Shown: positions 8,924 through 10,319 of the stretch, in pieces | How the letters are laid out: every line of letters begins with the position of its first letter | Numbering within the stretch: the first letter of the stretch is position 1 | The notes under the pieces: generated by a model | The model's input: the letters and a program-made list of their open reading frames with translations, nothing else | Told to the model about the DNA's origin: nothing | Database searches by the model: none | Program-made: the position numbers and the translations under genes | Assembly (NCBI GenBank): GCA_016748015.1 | Contig: JAAOMT010000448.1 | Coordinates: 189,648 to 199,966 of the forward strand | Source of the DNA: Geosiphon pyriformis uo1 | Taxonomy: Eukaryota > Fungi > Glomeromycota | DNA length: 10,319 nt | Direction: 5' to 3'

Positions 8924-10319
8924 ATGGCACCCAAACAACTCTTTCTCGCTTTATCTCATGATTTCGAGAACTTACTTAATAATCGAAATTTCTCTGACGT
9001 TAGAATTCTCGTCGGCAAAGCGCCTAATGCTAGAACCTTTCAAGCTCATTCCCAAATTTTAACAGCGAGATCATTATATTTTGCTGGAGTTCTCTCTAAT
9101 GATAGTATTAAAAGAGAAAATAATAATATTATCCTCGCTAACCCCAATATATCACCCACAATATTTGAGGTGATTCTTAGGTGAGTGTATTAGTTTCCTT
9201 AAAAGTTTTTAATATAAATGATTACTTAGTATATTTTTTTGGATAGATATATTTATAATGGCGAAATTTCTCTTGAAGAACATGGAATATTTACAATCTT
9301 GGAATTACTTGTTGCTGCTGATGAGCTTATTTTGAAAAATCTTATTGACTACCTGGAAGAATATTTAATTGAAAATCATACAAAAGAGCTAGAAGAAAAC
9401 TTTGTCTCTTTGCATGAAACATCATTTACCCATGATTCTTTCAAAAAGCTACAAGAGTTCTGCGCCCAAATAGCAGCTACCAATCCAACAATAATCTTTA
9501 AATCCCAAGATTTCACCTCCCTTAATAAAAGTTTTCTTTCCTCGATTTTATCCCAGGATGACCTTAAGATGGAAGAATCAGAAATATGGGAAAAGATTGT
9601 GGAATGGGGAGTTGCTAAATTAGGTGACAATATTAAGGTAGAAGAAATTCTTAACTGGACAGATGAAAATTTTGACATGTTTAAGGAATCAATCAAAGAG
9701 CTTCTACCTTTAATCCGGTTCTTTCACATATCTTCGGTTGACTTCTATCACAAAGTGAAGCCATTTGGGAGAATTTTACCCGGAACTTTATACGAAGATC
9801 TTTTACAACATTATCTAGTACCAGGGAGTCATCAAAAGTCTGTTAACGCTCAGTCACTCCGATCAATTAATTCAAAGCTTCTTCAATTGCATAATGTAAA
9901 ACAGCTTGATCACTGGCTTCAGGGCAAAGATGAAAATACTCCTTTTCAAAGCCAACTTGGAAATAGTTTTAATTTGTTACTTCGAGGCAGTCGAGACGGA
10001 TTTACTCCAGCCGATTTTCATCGATTATGCGATGATAAAGGAGCAACAATGAGTGTTATTAAAGTGAAAGAAACTGGTCAACTGATCGGCGGGTATAACC
10101 CACAATCTTGGCATTCTCGTGACAGTCACATAGATGGAAAAGGAAGTTTTATATTTTCCCTTGGAGATGGCAAAGCTGAAAATGCCAAACTTAGTAAATT
10201 TATTGGCAAATATGGACCTTTTGGTGGCTTAGTTCATGGACCTCAATTTGGCGATAATAGTATTAAAATGGTAAGTAATGATTTCCAAAATAGCCCTGGA
10301 TGCTCTTGCGGAAAGGATT
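8924..10319 (+). CDS. BTB/POZ-BACK-TLDc protein, copy B; join(8924..9180,9247..>10319), 3' partial
   Basis: ATG at 8924. Exon 1 nearly matches copy A. Exon 2, translated by hand, is open to the window end (YIYNGEISLEEHG...SINSKLLQ...LLLRGSRDGF...HGPQFGDNS...CSCGKD). It is probably absent from the ORF track because its stop lies outside the window, about 100 nt further if colinear with copy A. Confidence 0.92.
9181..9246 (+). other. Spliceosomal intron of copy B (66 nt)
   Basis: AG|GTGAGT...TTTTTTTGGATAG|A, phase 2, homologous to the copy A intron (8 differences in 66 nt). Confidence 0.92.

Larger units (their letters stand above)
8908..10319 (+). repeat. Right arm of inverted gene duplication (pairs with 2133..3537)
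   Basis: Clear homology starts at ACTTTAT(AT)ATCTTACCA immediately before the ATG and continues to the window end. Confidence 0.95.

Noticed and set aside
10268-10276. Perfect donor-like ATG|GTAAGT in copy B (GCAAGT in copy A)
   Set aside because: The reading frame continues with TLDc-like sequence colinear with copy A, so no intron is needed. RNA-seq would settle it.

Overview
AT-rich eukaryotic genomic DNA with short (66-77 nt) GT-AG introns. The gene families and composition are most consistent with an arbuscular mycorrhizal fungus (Glomeromycotina); this is inferred, not verified. Two head-to-head paralogous BTB/POZ-BACK-TLDc genes (copy A, minus strand, 2032-3519; copy B, plus strand, 8924 to beyond the window end) form the arms of a >=1.4 kb inverted duplication, about 94% identical by hand alignment. 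Between them lie an F-box/LRR-like gene (minus, 5253-7018), a decayed Tc1/mariner transposase (about 3640-4454) and a Tc1-like terminus with a 19-bp direct repeat (7644-7792). Divergence between the paralogs is a mosaic: a 309-bp perfectly identical tract lies between the BTB and TLDc coding regions, and two patches of almost purely non-synonymous change lie in the TLDc domain. This suggests a cluster of cullin-ligase substrate adaptors with diversifying recognition domains. A crossover in the identical tract would invert the interior and swap TLDc domains between the two promoters/N-termini. That mechanism is a hypothesis.
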